A stretch of 64,000 nucleotides of DNA from Eledone cirrhosa (lineage: Eukaryota): NCBI GenBank assembly GCA_964016885.1, contig OZ024743.1, positions 171,120,001 through 171,184,000 of the forward strand, given 5' to 3'. Within the stretch, counting starts at the first letter, position 1. Each line of letters begins with the position of its first letter. The notes under the pieces are model-generated. The model saw nothing but the letters and a program-made list of their open reading frames with translations, searched no databases and was not told the DNA's origin. Positions 40,171 through 54,138 of the stretch are shown piece after piece. Position numbers and translations under genes: made by a program.

Positions 40171-41480
40171 TCTCAAACAAAAATGTAGACAGTGACCTTG
40201 CTGCAAAATTGTCTTTAGTCTATCATATCAATCCCAGAACTTATTTTTTCAAGTATGGTACTTATTTTATTGATCTCTCTTTTGTCAAACTATTAAGTTA
40301 TGGAACATAAACACAAACTGACACACACACACACACACACACGCATGCATGATGGGCTTCTGCAGTTTTCATCTATCCAATTCCACATACAGTGGCCAAG
40401 TCATGGCTATATTACAACAGATTTAATTGCCCTGCTGCGAGACTGAAGTCAGAACCACATGGTTGTAAAGCAAACTCCTTAACCATACAGCTATGCCTGC
40501 ACCTATGTTTAATTTCTTTGCTGCATGCATAACACACACACCCATTATATCCAAGTTTGGATCATATCTGAAGAAGCGTCGATTAAGAGTCGGGATTCGA
40601 TCACATGATCAAACACAAGCTGATCCATATGGAAACAAATTGTAATATGTAATAAAGTTTACAAAACGCTGCAATTCTTATTGTCTCTAATATATATATA
40701 TATATACATGTCATTAGGAAGGGCATTCAGTTTTAGAAACCATGCAAAAAATGGAATGTATTGAATGTGACAGAGACCCCCACCTCCACACTTATCTTAA
40801 GTACAGTAGCTTCTATTATGTATTGACTTGATCAGTTAATACCCATTTAACCCCCTGCCACCATTGAAAATGGACGAAAAATGATAACTATGATGATGAT
40901 GCTTTTTCTTTTCAAACCAAATTCTCATCTGTATATCTGATAACAGACTTAGTTGAAAAAATCCAGAAACATTTCACTAAACACCTTCCTAAAAACTCCA
41001 GCAGTCTCCCATTAGAAGCAAAGTGCATCATAAATGACTGTGCCCATGTACAAAGTGTTAAATAACAAAGTTAGCCTTACCTTTTAGAACTTTTCTTTTT
41101 CAAATAACAATACTTCAGTGAGTGACAAGAGGCTAGTGTTGGCGATTGAACGGAGACAGTATAACGTTTTAAATGACCCTTCTGTTTGGATGAGCAATGT
41201 GACCTCTCTAGTTCTGGTGTCACGATAAAACGCACATACTACACTCTATAAAATGGTTAGTGTTAGGAAGGGCATCCAGCAATAGAAACCATGCCAAATA
41301 GGGAACGTATGACCAAGCCGCAAAAACGATGGTGATTTCCAACTATCGCTTTTAATTTCATTGTTTATTTTCACATTTTGGCAAATGAATCTAGTACAAT
41401 GCCTGAACATGTATCTCTGTAAAATGTCATTTAAAAATACGCATTAAGAAAGTTATGAAGAACTTCTTCCCACATCCTGG

Positions 41481-41751
41481 ATGTCGCAGTTAGTGCGAGA
41501 TTCCACAGTTTCCGCAGTCGAGCGGAGTAAGACCTTCAAATCTGTCGGCCAGCTACATTTTTCAGCCTATGGCTTTCGAGACGTTTGGGCAAGTCGGGCC
41601 GCTGACTGCGAGGTTCCTCTCTTCACTGGTGGCTCGCCTAATACAGGTAACTGGCGAATCTCGCGAGGGCGCTTGGTTGTTCCAGCGGATTAGCCTCGCC
41701 ATCACCCGAGGCAAAGCTGCGAGTGTACTGGCTTGCCTCAAAAATCATTAG
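41481..41751 (+). mobile_element. CRE-clade non-LTR 3' fragment (RLE C-terminus)
   Basis: MAFETFG...GESREGAWLFQRISLAITRGKAASVLA resembles the CRE terminal motif. Confidence 0.7.
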
Positions 41752-41978
41752 AGAGGTTGCCCGGTACTCCTCGCGACATGGCCGTCTTTTGCTCACCCTT
41801 CCTTTACATTTTCTTTAATATTGCAACATTAAAGGAATATATCCTTCTGAAAGAATCGCGAGCAATATATAATGTTATTTAAGCATTTGTAATGTTTTTT
41901 ATGTATATATTTAAAACATATTTGTTATGTTATTCTACTGTAAATTTATTTATATGCTTTGTATACATCATGTGTTCG

Positions 41979-42170
41979 CGGTGAATTGGCAGTATCAGTA
42001 GAGGTTTGGACGCAATGCTTTCTAGCATAGTTACATCCCTTTACGGTCAGAGTTCAAATCCCGTCGAGGTTAACTTTGCCTTTTATCCTTACGGGGGTCG
42101 ATTAAATAAAGTACCAGTAATGTACTCGGTATTTGCTGGCCTTGTGCCAAAAGTAGAAACAATTATTACT
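41979..42170 (+). mobile_element. tRNA-derived SINE
   Basis: Family consensus. Confidence 0.82.
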
Positions 42171-43142
42171 AAATTTGATTCCTTACATTACTAATATATA
42201 ATAAAATAAAAGTCGAATCGTGTCCGTACTAAACTTTAGTTATGTTGACAATACAATGAAATATACAACCAGAATAGTTATTTTCTTAAGCACGGTGTTT
42301 GTGTAGTATAGAATGAGTAAGATTTAACAAATTGAACAGTGAAACAGAGGACGTATGATAAAAGGACTATCCATTTTCTTTTTGTATATGTAATGTGGAT
42401 TATATTAATTCACCATAGAGGGATGGGTTATATTGGAGAGGTATCAAGATTGTCTGATATATTACTACATTTAGTTAGAAAGATATCATATATGTGTATG
42501 TTTATATATCACAAACTTACCTAGATATCTTGCTGACTTCCACACATCGTCAACTTTAGATGGAAAAACAACTCAGTGACTAAAACATTAAATTCTATTT
42601 CAAGTTGTTCGCCTTTTTATATAATAGTTACCACACAAGCGTGAAACCGGTGTAACAAACTTTACCTTTCTTACGTATCTAATAACCCGTGCACCGGTGT
42701 CGTCAACAATCTTGGTACAGATATTTATCTCAAGTCGTATTTACGTTTTACTGCAAAGATCAAATATTGGTGCAAGTTCGTTATGTTCGCACATCACATA
42801 TCTAATATTACCTTCTTTTTTTTTTTTTTTATGAATATAAGTGATTCGTTACATCACACCCTCCCGGAATCAGTGTGACGAAATATTTGAGAAGTGATTT
42901 AATACAAAAAAAAAATTCTATTCGAAAGTTGGAACGAGTTTGAGTCTGGGAAATGTGCTTAGCTGTTTCAATGAGATTTCAAAGCCATCTCAGCTGCTCT
43001 GAGGCAGAGATAATCAGATTTAAGATTATACAGATTAAAAGGGAAGCTACTCTTGGAGAAAAACTTGTTGCTGAGCGGTGTGAGAAATCCTGCATGTTTG
43101 TTTTAACAGAATGCAAGCAAATAAACATAGTTTATATGTAAA

Positions 43143-46100
43143 CTAGCAGAGGCACTCGGCGTTACTCGGGAATGAAAGTGTTCCTTATATATTAGAAGAA
43201 AGCAAAACATGTATAGAAATTTGTTATTCTAAATTTCATTTATTCTTCAATTAAGGTACATGATGAAATCAATTCTTAAATTCATAATACAGAAAAAAAA
43301 AAAAAATTTAAATACAAAATGTATCACTTTTATGAGGGGAAAGAAATTTTATCACATATGTTGAAGGAAATTACGTAGGAGCTTCTGGGTAAGCAGCATT
43401 CTTTGTTTTCTGGTTTGTAAACTACCCACCCTGGAGCAACCAACATAAAGTTGACCATAAGAAAAGCAAGGTTGACTTAAGTACAAACCAATAGATTCCA
43501 AAGTCTGACCTTGAACTTTATTGATAGACATTGCAAAGCAAAGTTGCACTGGGAATTGTGTTCGTTTGAACTAAAAAAGGCACGCCTTTAGAGTTGGTCC
43601 CAGGGTTACTTACTCCAGTAAGTACCACCGGATCCCAACTACTAATTTTAATAGAAAGAAGATATTGAAGACCTTTCATACAATTTATTTTTTTGTGAGA
43701 ATTATCTCTCTCTACATTCGAAGTAATAACTGGAGCATGAAGAGTTTCTCAAAACGAGTATCAAAATAACTTGCATTTATTGTAGTCCGTGTATTACAAA
43801 TGTGGTAACAAAACGTACCTGGTGGCATGATATGGTGTAATCCTGAATTATAAGATATGGTTGGAAAAAGCTTAACATATCTGCGCTCGATGTGGTCAGT
43901 TTGAGAGCTTGCCGCCAAAAAGAGGAAGATCGCTTTTTTGCTCTATCTTTTATAATCCCTGGAACGGAAGTTTAAGGAATATTCTAGAAATTCAACGGGA
44001 AGTAACTCTAGCTACTTCCCTTGTCTAGAGAGCGCTACACGTCTGTTGGTTTGATTGGAATTCTTGTAATAAAAACATGTTCCCCAGAGGCACACCCAGT
44101 GACAATGGTAGCTTCAATCACATTAAGTGATAATGCCTTCAAAATCAACCTTGTCCCATTGCATAATTTAGGAAAGGTTTATGTGGAGGAGATGCAGGTG
44201 GCTCAAGAGAATTAAGGAACTCTGTTGGGTAGTGGACAGTTTGATTTCCATCAAGGACTGAATCAATTGATTTGCACTCCTTAATTACTGTTAGAATCTC
44301 ATTCATTAGCTCATAGTTATTCCTTGATGCTACAGCAAGTGCAATTCCTTTTTGTTACCTTACCTTGGAAAGAAGCAATGTTGTTCCAAATACTTTACCT
44401 GTGCCACCTGGAACATCAAGAGAGAAAATTCCTCTGACCGACGAAATGATTTCATCATGTATAGCGTTCTTCTGGAAGAAATTTAGTCTCATATTCATTC
44501 ACAAATGCAGCCAACTCCGTGATGTCATAACTTGTCTCTCTTGAAGTTAAAGCACTAACTTGACGGTTTGCTTTTGGCAGTCCGGAACCAGACTTTTGCA
44601 AATTTTTGCCTCAAATGGCCAAAACTTGATCCTTAATTTCAATCAGTGCTTGATTGAAAATTTCTTTAGAGAACTGAATATTGCAACCTGGGTTTGCCTG
44701 CTGAACTGCATACTTTAAGTCCCCAGCCATGTCCTCTCAATGTTTCATATAAAGCTGTAGGGACTGCCAATTTGACACATGTTCAGCATAATTGTAAAAA
44801 GGTTACAAAGTTTCCTTTGAGAATCTAACACTGATCCTTCAGTCAATGCAAGGTCCCAATGATGATCATTTTCTAACAAACCTCATTGATAGGATGCTTC
44901 TAGTAAGTTTCACATACATGACCATTTACTCTCCTCAAATTTTGGAATAATTTTGGACTATGTACTTCATGCAAAGGAGCTGTAAGTAGTAGCATTCTGC
45001 TTGGCTTGAGTGGACACTATAAACTCAGGTATATAGTTGCCATTTATTGTTCCTCGATGTGTAATACTTGGGTAATTCTGGGTAAAGGAGTTATCTTCAT
45101 CTTCATCTTCTTGACATAACTTAAAATAAGCAGTAAGGTGAAAGTGTTTGTTTCAAAGCTGTTTGTTTTGTAAAGATAACCCTTTGGCTATTCTCTAGAT
45201 GGACACTCAGTTGAATAATGGCTGGGTACCTCTCATCAATAGGAAAATTGAAGATGTGCCAAAAAGCCTCATTGCAACATATTTATTTGCCTATCTCATA
45301 CTGCGTAATTTCATCATTTTTGTTTATCTGCTGACTGCCATTCTGTATAAGAGTGTATATTGCAGCATCTAAACCTTTGTTTATATATTTGCAAACATAT
45401 TTAATGAACTTAACAGAGTTTCAGAATTCAATATTGATATGGGCTTTGAAAGTTTTTGCAAGAATCCACCAATTATAAATGATGAATTCTCGCCATTGAT
45501 AATCGGTGGGTTGTACCCTTTGTTTACATATTTATAAGAACCCACCGATTATCAATGATGAATTCTCGCCCATTTCTCATTTTTTGTTTCAGAAGTGAAT
45601 TCACCATGCCCAGATTTTCTTCTCTGGTAAAGAGGATAGCCATCTTCTCCAGTTTTGGTACAGGGAGACATGGGTAGTTCTTGGTACACTTATGGGTGGT
45701 TCTTGGTAAATGCATGAGGGGCGTTGATTAATTGAACCATAAGGCCTATGAATCACTTGTGGCTTGACAATTTCATGCAGCAAAGGAACTTGTTGTGGAT
45801 CAGGCAGCTTGGCTGAGATAAGTGAGTTAATATTATTTGGCCGATGTTTTTCATGTAACCAAATTAAAACGAGGGCATGCGACATCCTCATTTTTACCAT
45901 TTAATTGTATACATGTCATATTTGACTGGTCCAAAGACTTCACCTTTTTAGGAGATCAATCAGTTTTATGATTTTAAATCTGAACACTCTAGCCTTTGTT
46001 ATCAGCAGCCAATGCCCCTTCATTGCTGATTGTATCTCTTAGGTGAATGTAATCTGACGCACAGAGCTTTTTCTGATGTGTTCTAATGTAAAGAAGCCTT

Positions 46101-47819
46101 CTTCTTTCAAGTTTTGCATACATATCAACTGTGAAATGCTGGAAGAGCTCAAATGAACGATGAAGAAAATTGAAGTCTTGCTCTCATAACATGAAAAGGT
46201 AAGCAGCTTACTTTGTCAGTGCAGGAGCTCTCATTTTAGGATTTGATGCCAAATTGATATCCATCTTGGCAAAATACATAGATTAATGGATACTGGAGTG
46301 CATCATATGATCGATGAGCTGCATTTATGTGCTGCAGTTTATTTCCTCTTCCTTATTTGTCACAAAATATAATTGCAAAAACTGTGGATTTTTGCCATAT
46401 CTTGCAGATCAAAGATTAACTCTTCTTTCAGATTTGGAAAGTTCAATGGTTGTTGTAAAGCCTGCTCCCTGTAATTTGCCACAAAATATAACTGAAAAAA
46501 ATTGTGGATTTTTGCCTTCAGTTGGCAACAAAGATTCAATAGGGTGGTATATATGACCTCGAAATTTAAAGGTTAGCTTGAAGTTCCCTTCTATTATAAT
46601 ATTGATCCAAAAGTAAGTAATTTGGAAAGCGGAATTGTAACTTCTAATGTTTTTCAAGAAGTGCATACTCTTTGATGTATTTCCCAAAAGAAACACCTTC
46701 AAAGTATCTGGGGGTGTACCAAATGTCAATAGAACAACCATTTCCCACCCCATCCCAACACATAGTGGGGATTTCTCTTTCCCATTTCTTTCCTTTGCAA
46801 AAGCTGCACTCTTTTGCCATTGCTCCAATACCAATCAATTTCTCTGTAGAATAATCATGTTTTGGATCATAGTTGAAAGCTGATCTTTTTCAAGTTCCCT
46901 TTAAAGGTGCAACTCTTTTGTCAAACGCATTCAGCCTATCTTGATCAAGCTGCTTATGTCTCTTCTCTGTAGTGAAGTCTTGCAGCAATTGTTTGCTCCT
47001 GGTTTTTTCTGTCGAACCTCTCACTGACCTATTGTCTCATTGGCTTCTCTGGCAGCTTATTCAAACGTTTTTCTCTTTCTCCTTTTAACTCTTCCCTTTT
47101 GCATTTTGTTGATATAATTGTTCTAACCATTTTTCCCTTTCCTCTTGAGACTCATTGGCCCTGCATGCAGTAGCTCTCTGCCTGTCAGTTTCACGTCTTT
47201 GCAGGGGACAGGGGGCTCTAGTGACCTTGCTGTAGCTACCTGTACTTACCTCTGCCACACTGTAGAATACGGTTCTTTGTTTTAATTAGCTTTTGGAAGA
47301 TCATCACTAAAATCATTTGTATTAGGTTCTATTTCCTCTGTTTTCTCCTCTCCAGGTTATCCCTCTCTTCTTGTGTTGCTTGTAACGTTTGAAGAGCTTG
47401 TGGACACTCAGAACATTGTTCTTTTTGGCACCATTTTTGAAAGCTAAAATGAGAATTAAATGAGAAATGAATGAAAGTTACGTGAATATCTTTACCAGCG
47501 GAATCTAAATCCTCGGCGAAGCTTACCTCATTTAAGATTTCATTGCAGCTGGAATGCTAGAATCATTGGAGCTCAGTGTGTTATTGTGCTTATTAGGTAT
47601 CACCTCACTTTGATAACATCAAATAGCTCTGTGTCTTTTTGTGGTAAAGTGCGTTTGTGTTGTAGTTAGTATCACCTAACTTTCTAAGACTGGTAAAATG
47701 ACTTTATAAAAGCTAATGCAGTGTGGTTAAACTTCAACTGATAAATTGGTCTTAACAATATTGTGTTTTTATTTCTTAAGAGTATTCTAGACTCTTGTGG
47801 AACGCCAAAGAAGTATCCC

Positions 47820-47913
<94 letters not shown>

Positions 47914-48568
47914 GGACATAGAAGCAAACAGAACCATCTCTATACGTGAAAAATTTAGAAGTACTAGCATTTTCTTCCTTTCGCTGACGCGTATGTGTAT
48001 ATGTGTGTGCATATGTGTGCATGTGTGTATGTGCATATGCATATATCTATATGTATGAGTATATAAATATAAACGCCCAAACACAGACACGCTTACGAAA
48101 ATACACTCTCACAGACTTACATTCACACAAACTTACATTCACACAAACACACACATACATTTACACAAACGCACACATGCATTCACACAAACTCACATTC
48201 ACACAAACACACACACATACATTTACACAAACGCACACATACATTCACACAAAACACACACATACATTTACACAAACACACATACATTCACACAAACGCA
48301 CACATTTACACACACGCACACATACATTTAATCAAATACACACATACATTGAAACAAACGCACACATACATTCACACACATTTACACAAACACACACATA
48401 CACGTACACTCAAATACAGTGTAGTTTTTTCACCACCCCTTCCTTCCTTTTATACACACATACATTCATGCAGGCAGCAGACGTAAAAAGAGAGGAGTAG
48501 TATGAGGTAGTTAGACTACTCCTCTTTCTTTACGTGTTGTCACGGAATCACATAAATTTATATATTGA
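43143..48568 (-). mobile_element. Decayed Helitron (Rep/Pif1 helicase) with both termini
   Basis: 3' CTAG at 43143-46 preceded by a GC-rich motif and followed by T; 5' A|TCAATATATAAA at 48568. Motifs: FAMSINKVQGQTL...GQLYVGCSRV, KLCNGTRL, PGGTGK, Rep-like HALVLIWL, FLKNIRSYNSAFQ. Confidence 0.85.
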
Positions 48569-48852
48569 TAAATTCGCGTTCGTTTGTTTTGGAAATACAA
48601 AGCGTAATTTTTCATGAGGGAGAGAAGAGAGTACGCGCCCTCTTTCTCTGCTAATGCTTACTTTCCTTCCTCCTCTCTTCCCTCATTTTTATGATCACTG
48701 CTACAATAGTGTAGCGTTAAATCTTTTATTTACAATCTATATATCTTTAGCAGCGTAGTATATAAAAAGTTATTGATACACGAGTAACATCATAATGATG
48801 TCAACAGCAGAAATTAGAGATGAAATGTATGTTTATTTTTGTTGTAGCACAA

Positions 48853-49042
48853 ATAATTGTTTCTACTTTAGGTACAAGGCCAGCAATTATCCAGTGCATT
48901 ACTGGTACTTTATTTTATCAACCCCGTAAGGATGAAAGGCAAAGTCAACCTCGGCGGGATTTGAACTCAGATCGTAAAGGGACGTAACTATGCTGGAAAG
49001 CATGGCGTCCGACCCTCTACCGATACTGCCAATCCACCGCCC
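48853..49042 (-). mobile_element. Full-length SINE inside the 3' LTR (partial copy ~50874-50972 in the 5' LTR)
   Basis: TSD TTGTAGCACAAATAAT on both sides. Confidence 0.88.
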
Positions 49043-50746
49043 TTGTAGCACAAATAATGTTTGTTAACTTGTATGGTTGAAGTTACACATAAAATGAAGT
49101 TACAAAAGGGAATGTGCCATTGTGCCGGAAAGCCGGCAGGCCAAAGTGCAAAATCTCACCGTCACATGTTGTACGTGTTGCTGGTTCGAAGTTCCGGGTG
49201 CGAGAGAGAGATTCTTCAAATCTTCGCGGGGAATTTCTCCCTCAGGACGCGTAGGGATACATCCTTTTCTACTGGCGTTGATTGGCTGAGCTGAGCCAAA
49301 TCACGCACAGAGAATGTATGTGGGCCCACGGAATGTAGGTCACTACAATACTCCCCCTCTAGACGGAAGACGATACAGATTATTGAATCAACAAGAAAAA
49401 AATGCTGAAAGAGCACATCAGTGAAAAAATAATTGAGCAGAAGGATGCATGCAAGAAAAAAAATGAGGCGCTAAGGGCCGTGTTGAGCCGCTGTGTCAAA
49501 TGACTAGCTGTTTTGTAGTTTATACGTGACCACCAAAGGTCTAACAGAAAACGGATAAAGTCTGACATGAGCGAAGTTGCTGTTCTGGCATTAAATGTTA
49601 ATGGTAAGTGTTGTACCAGTAGCTGTGGATGAAGCTATTATGGTAGTTCACCAGTGCTGGCAAGAAGATGATGGGTAGGCGAGAAAATGTCGGCCTCCCA
49701 GATGTATTGCCGAAAGTGCTAGGGAGCCAGGAAAAAATGGCTGGTTGCTTTGAAAAGAAAAAAGCAAGTTGAATCTGTAGGTGGATAGTAGCTGCAGTGT
49801 AAATTCCATAATTCGGGCGAATCCACAGAAGTAGTGGAAATGCTGACAAGTCCAGTTCTATTTGTTGTTTTCCCAGTGAGTCGGGTAAGGTAACAAGATG
49901 GAAGTTGTTATGGACGATGAGTGTGCAACGAGATGCGAAACTGTTTGAGTTCAGCTGCAATTAGCATTCCCGTGTTGCGGTGCCTGTTTGAATCCAGGTG
50001 AATTAAGCTCTATGAATCGCTAGCATGTGACGGCACCTCAACCAGGTGAAAAGGGATCTCGCAGAATATTACGTTTGAAGAACATATACTAAGAACAACA
50101 TGTTGGTGGGTGACAAAGAAATGTGTGCATATGCAGACATGTAAAACAGCAAATAATGTGTGGGTGCAGTCATATATACAATGATAAAGAAAATGATGCA
50201 GTCATATATACAATGATAGAAAAAAATGAATTTCCATATAATAGAGTTTAAAAAAAATAAATGTCCACAAATAAATGCCTGAAAAAAAAAAAGGAAGAAA
50301 GAAAGAATTGTTTCTTTTCTTTTAATAAAAAGTTCGCTTTTCTTTTCTTTGGGATCGCTCTTACTAGGGGGCTAGTAGAGTTGTTGTTGTTGTTAAAGCA
50401 AAGTCACAATGAATCTTCTGTAGAATCGAAGTCGAGCGTTGAAGAAACTAGAGTCACCAATATGGCAGCCACATCTGACGCCATAGTGATGAGAAGACTG
50501 ATGTCTTAATTTCTCGAGTCCTTGTGGTAACGAGACAGAAGGTATGGTGGTTGCGTCGGTAAAGTTACAAGCTGCCACATCGCCATTCCCTGGTGTTGGT
50601 TAGCCATGTGTTGCTGCTGGTGGCTGTAACTTGGTGGAAGCCGTTTTGAAATTTCCTTGTGGCGTAAATTTTTTTAATTTTTTTTTATACATACACTGCC
50701 AATTTTAATCTCATTTCAAAAGGAATATTTTGAACTGAAAATATTC

Positions 50747-50764
50747 ATCACGTCGGGGTCACCA
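50747..50764 (-). promoter_or_regulatory. Primer-binding site complementary to the tRNA-Trp 3' end
   Basis: TGGTGACCCCGACGTGAT lies 2 nt inside the 5' LTR boundary. Confidence 0.85.
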
Positions 50765-51750
50765 CTTTTAGCAGCGTAGTATATAAAAAGTTATTGAGAC
50801 ACGAGTAACATAATAATGATGTCAACAGCAGAAATTAGAGATGAAATGTATGTTTATTTTTGTTGTAGCACAAATAATTGTTTCTACTTTAGGCACAAGG
50901 CCAGCAATTACCCAGTGCATTACTGGTACTTTATTTTATCGACCCCGTAAGGATGAAAGGCAAAGTCAACCTTTGTTTGTTAACTTTTATGGTTGAAGTT
51001 ACACATAAAATGAGGTTACAAAAGGGAATGTGCCATTGTGCCGGAAAGCCGGCAGGCCAAAGTGCAAAATCTCACCGTCACATGTTGTACGTGTTGCTGG
51101 TTCGAAGTTCCGGGTGCGAGAGAGAGATTCTTCAAATCTTCGCGGGGAATTTCTCCCTCAGGGCGCGTAGGGATAAATCCTCTTCTACTGGCGTTGATTG
51201 GCTGAGCTAGCCAAATCACGCACAGAGAATGTATGTGAGCCCGCGGAATGTAGGTCACTACACATCTATATAAAACTGTAGTTGTGTGTGTGTGTGTCCC
51301 CTCATTTTTGCAAAGTCTATACAAATCCACATTTCTACTCCGATTAACTTCAAACTTGCATTTATATATTCCTTGTGGTCTAAAGATATTAACTGCAGCT
51401 TTTACTTTTCAATTTTCTTTTGTTAAAGGAGTGTTAGGCGCCGGTTATCGATCACCGTTGAGTTCTTATAATATCGGTCTGTATATTTGCCTGTCTGCAT
51501 TACGACATTCGGACGATCACATCATTGCTGACGTATTATCTTCGCTACATTCACACACACACACACACGCACACGCACACACACACACACACATATACTT
51601 ATATATACATATATATATACCCATATATACATATACACACATATATACACATATAAACACATATACACATATATATATATATACACATATACATATATAT
51701 AAATATACACATAAAAATATATGTACATATATATACACACACGCACACAT

Positions 51751-51817
<67 letters not shown>

Positions 51818-51850
51818 CATACACACGCACACACATATATATATATGCAT

Positions 51851-51892
<42 letters not shown>

Positions 51893-51895
<3 letters not shown>

Positions 51896-54012
51896 AAAAT
51901 AGATGAAATCGAAAATGCAACTGGAGTCTTATTTAAAAAAAAATATATATATTCATTTGGTTCCTTTACCGGTTTCGCAGTTCTGCTTTTCAAAAGTAAA
52001 GTTGAGATGGAGGGTCTGTGGTTTTTCTCACATCTGGTTGGTCTTTGAATGTTACTTGTTTTATATGGAAAAAAGTGGCTCGAAACGCCAGGTTTTTAGA
52101 GAAGTAATTTGATTGGTTAGTCAATAAGTATAATAAATTTCGCGCCAGTTCGCGTTACAAAGTTCTTCAAACAGGGGGGGGGGGCTCAGGTTGTTTTTTC
52201 ATATATGAGTGTTTGAATTACTTTTTCCTTAAAAAAAGGGGGCTCACGAAAACTTTAAAAAAAAAATGTAATTTGATTGGTTATAAATGAAATTATGGCT
52301 GTCACGTGAACAAGTTCATTAACATTTTGCGCCCGTATTTGGGAATTTATTTTGTAGCCTTTTACAGAATTTTATGACAATAAAAAAAGTGGCCCCCGAA
52401 GGCTTTTTTAAAAAAATGCAATTTGATTGGTTATAAATGAAATTATGACTGTCACGTGAACAAGTTCCGCGCCCGTATTTGGGAATTTCTTTTGTAGCCA
52501 TTTAGAGAATTTCATGACAAGCAAAAGATAATGGTCAAGAGAATGGGATGGGAGAATTGTACTGGTTCAGTGAATATGGCTAGTTCGCTGGGGTGTCAGT
52601 GTTCAGATTTTCTATTGAAATAAAGAAAGTAGACATATGTATGTTTATTTGTGTGTTTGTGTGTGTGTGTGTAAAATGCTAACCATCCAAACAGACACAT
52701 ACACACACACATAACCACTTCTACTTTAGAAAATATAAACCCGAACTAAATAAACCTTAACATACGTTTGCGCTGACAACACAACAGAACAAATACGAAT
52801 GAGTAAGGAAAATATGTTCATTCAAAAATATTCCAACTAACGGAATCATTTTCCTACTCACACACACACACAAAATATATATTCTCTTCATCTTAACATG
52901 CTAACCATACTCCCACACACACACATAACACGCTCCACACACACACAACTCCCTCCCCCATTTCTACTAATAGAATCACTTTCCTACACACACACACACA
53001 AAATATATATATTCTCTCCATCTTCAGATACTCCCACATATCACACACATAACACCCTCCACACACACACAACTCCCTCCCCCATTTCTACTAATAGAAT
53101 CACTTTCCTACACACACACACACAAAATATATATATTCTCTCCATCTTCAGATACTCCCACATATCACACATAACACCCATATACACATACACACAACTC
53201 CCTTCCCCATTTCTACCAATAGAATCATCTTCCTATACACACAGACACACACACACACAAAAACACACAAATACACATACATATGTCTACTTTCTTTATT
53301 TCAATAGAAAATCTGAACTCTGACACCCCAGCGAACTAACCATATTCACTGAACCAGAACAATTCTCCCATCCCATTTCTCTTGACTTTTGCTTGTCATA
53401 AAATTCTCTAAATGGCTACAAAAGAAATTCCCAAATACGGGCGCGGAACTTGTTCACGTGACAGTCATAATTTCATTTATAACCAATCAAATTGCACTAA
53501 AAAAAAAAAAGCTTTCGGGAGACACTTTTTTTATTGTCATAAAATTCTGTAAAAGGCTACAAAATAAATTCCCAAATACGGGCCCGAAATTTTATTGAAC
53601 TTGTTCACGTGACAGCATAATTTCATTTATAGCCAATCAAATTACATTTTTTTAAAAAAGCCTTCGTATTTGTTCTGTAAAAAGTAATTCAAACACTCAT
53701 ATATGAAAAAACAACATGAGCCCCCCCCCCCCTTGTTTGAAGAATTTTGTAACGCGAACTGGCGCGAAATTTATTATACTTATTGACCAACCAATCAAAT
53801 TACTTCCCTAAAAACCTGGCGTTTCGAGCCACTTTTTTCCATATAAAACAAGTAACATTCAAAGACCAACCAGATGTGAGAAAAACCACAGACCCTCCAT
53901 CTCAACTCTACTTTTGAAAAGCAGAAGAACTGCGAAACCGATAAAGGAACCAAATAAATATATATATATTTTTAAAAATAAGACTCCAGTTGTACTTTCG
54001 ATTTCATCTTTT
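51893..54012. mobile_element. Foldback-like non-coding element with ~770-bp inverted arms and internal subrepeats
   Basis: ~51893-52670 is the reverse complement of ~53250-54012; repeated ATTTGATTGGTTATAAATGAAATTATGACTGTCACGTGAACAAGTT modules; tandem ~130-bp units in the spacer. Confidence 0.7.
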
Positions 54013-54080
54013 TTTCTTTATACTTTCACTCGTGTAGGACACCTCGATTATTTTTCATTTTGTAAAAAAACCTCACTTTC

Positions 54081-54137
<57 letters not shown>

Positions 54138-54138
<1 letters not shown>

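Larger units (their letters stand above)
48746..51262 (-). mobile_element. Non-autonomous LTR retroelement (5' LTR 50767-51262, 3' LTR 48746-49347)
   Basis: Direct repeats starting TGTAGTG on minus; PBS at 50747-50764; PPT AGAGGGGGAG at 49351-49360; flanks TATC/CATC (4-bp TSD with one mismatch). Confidence 0.88.
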
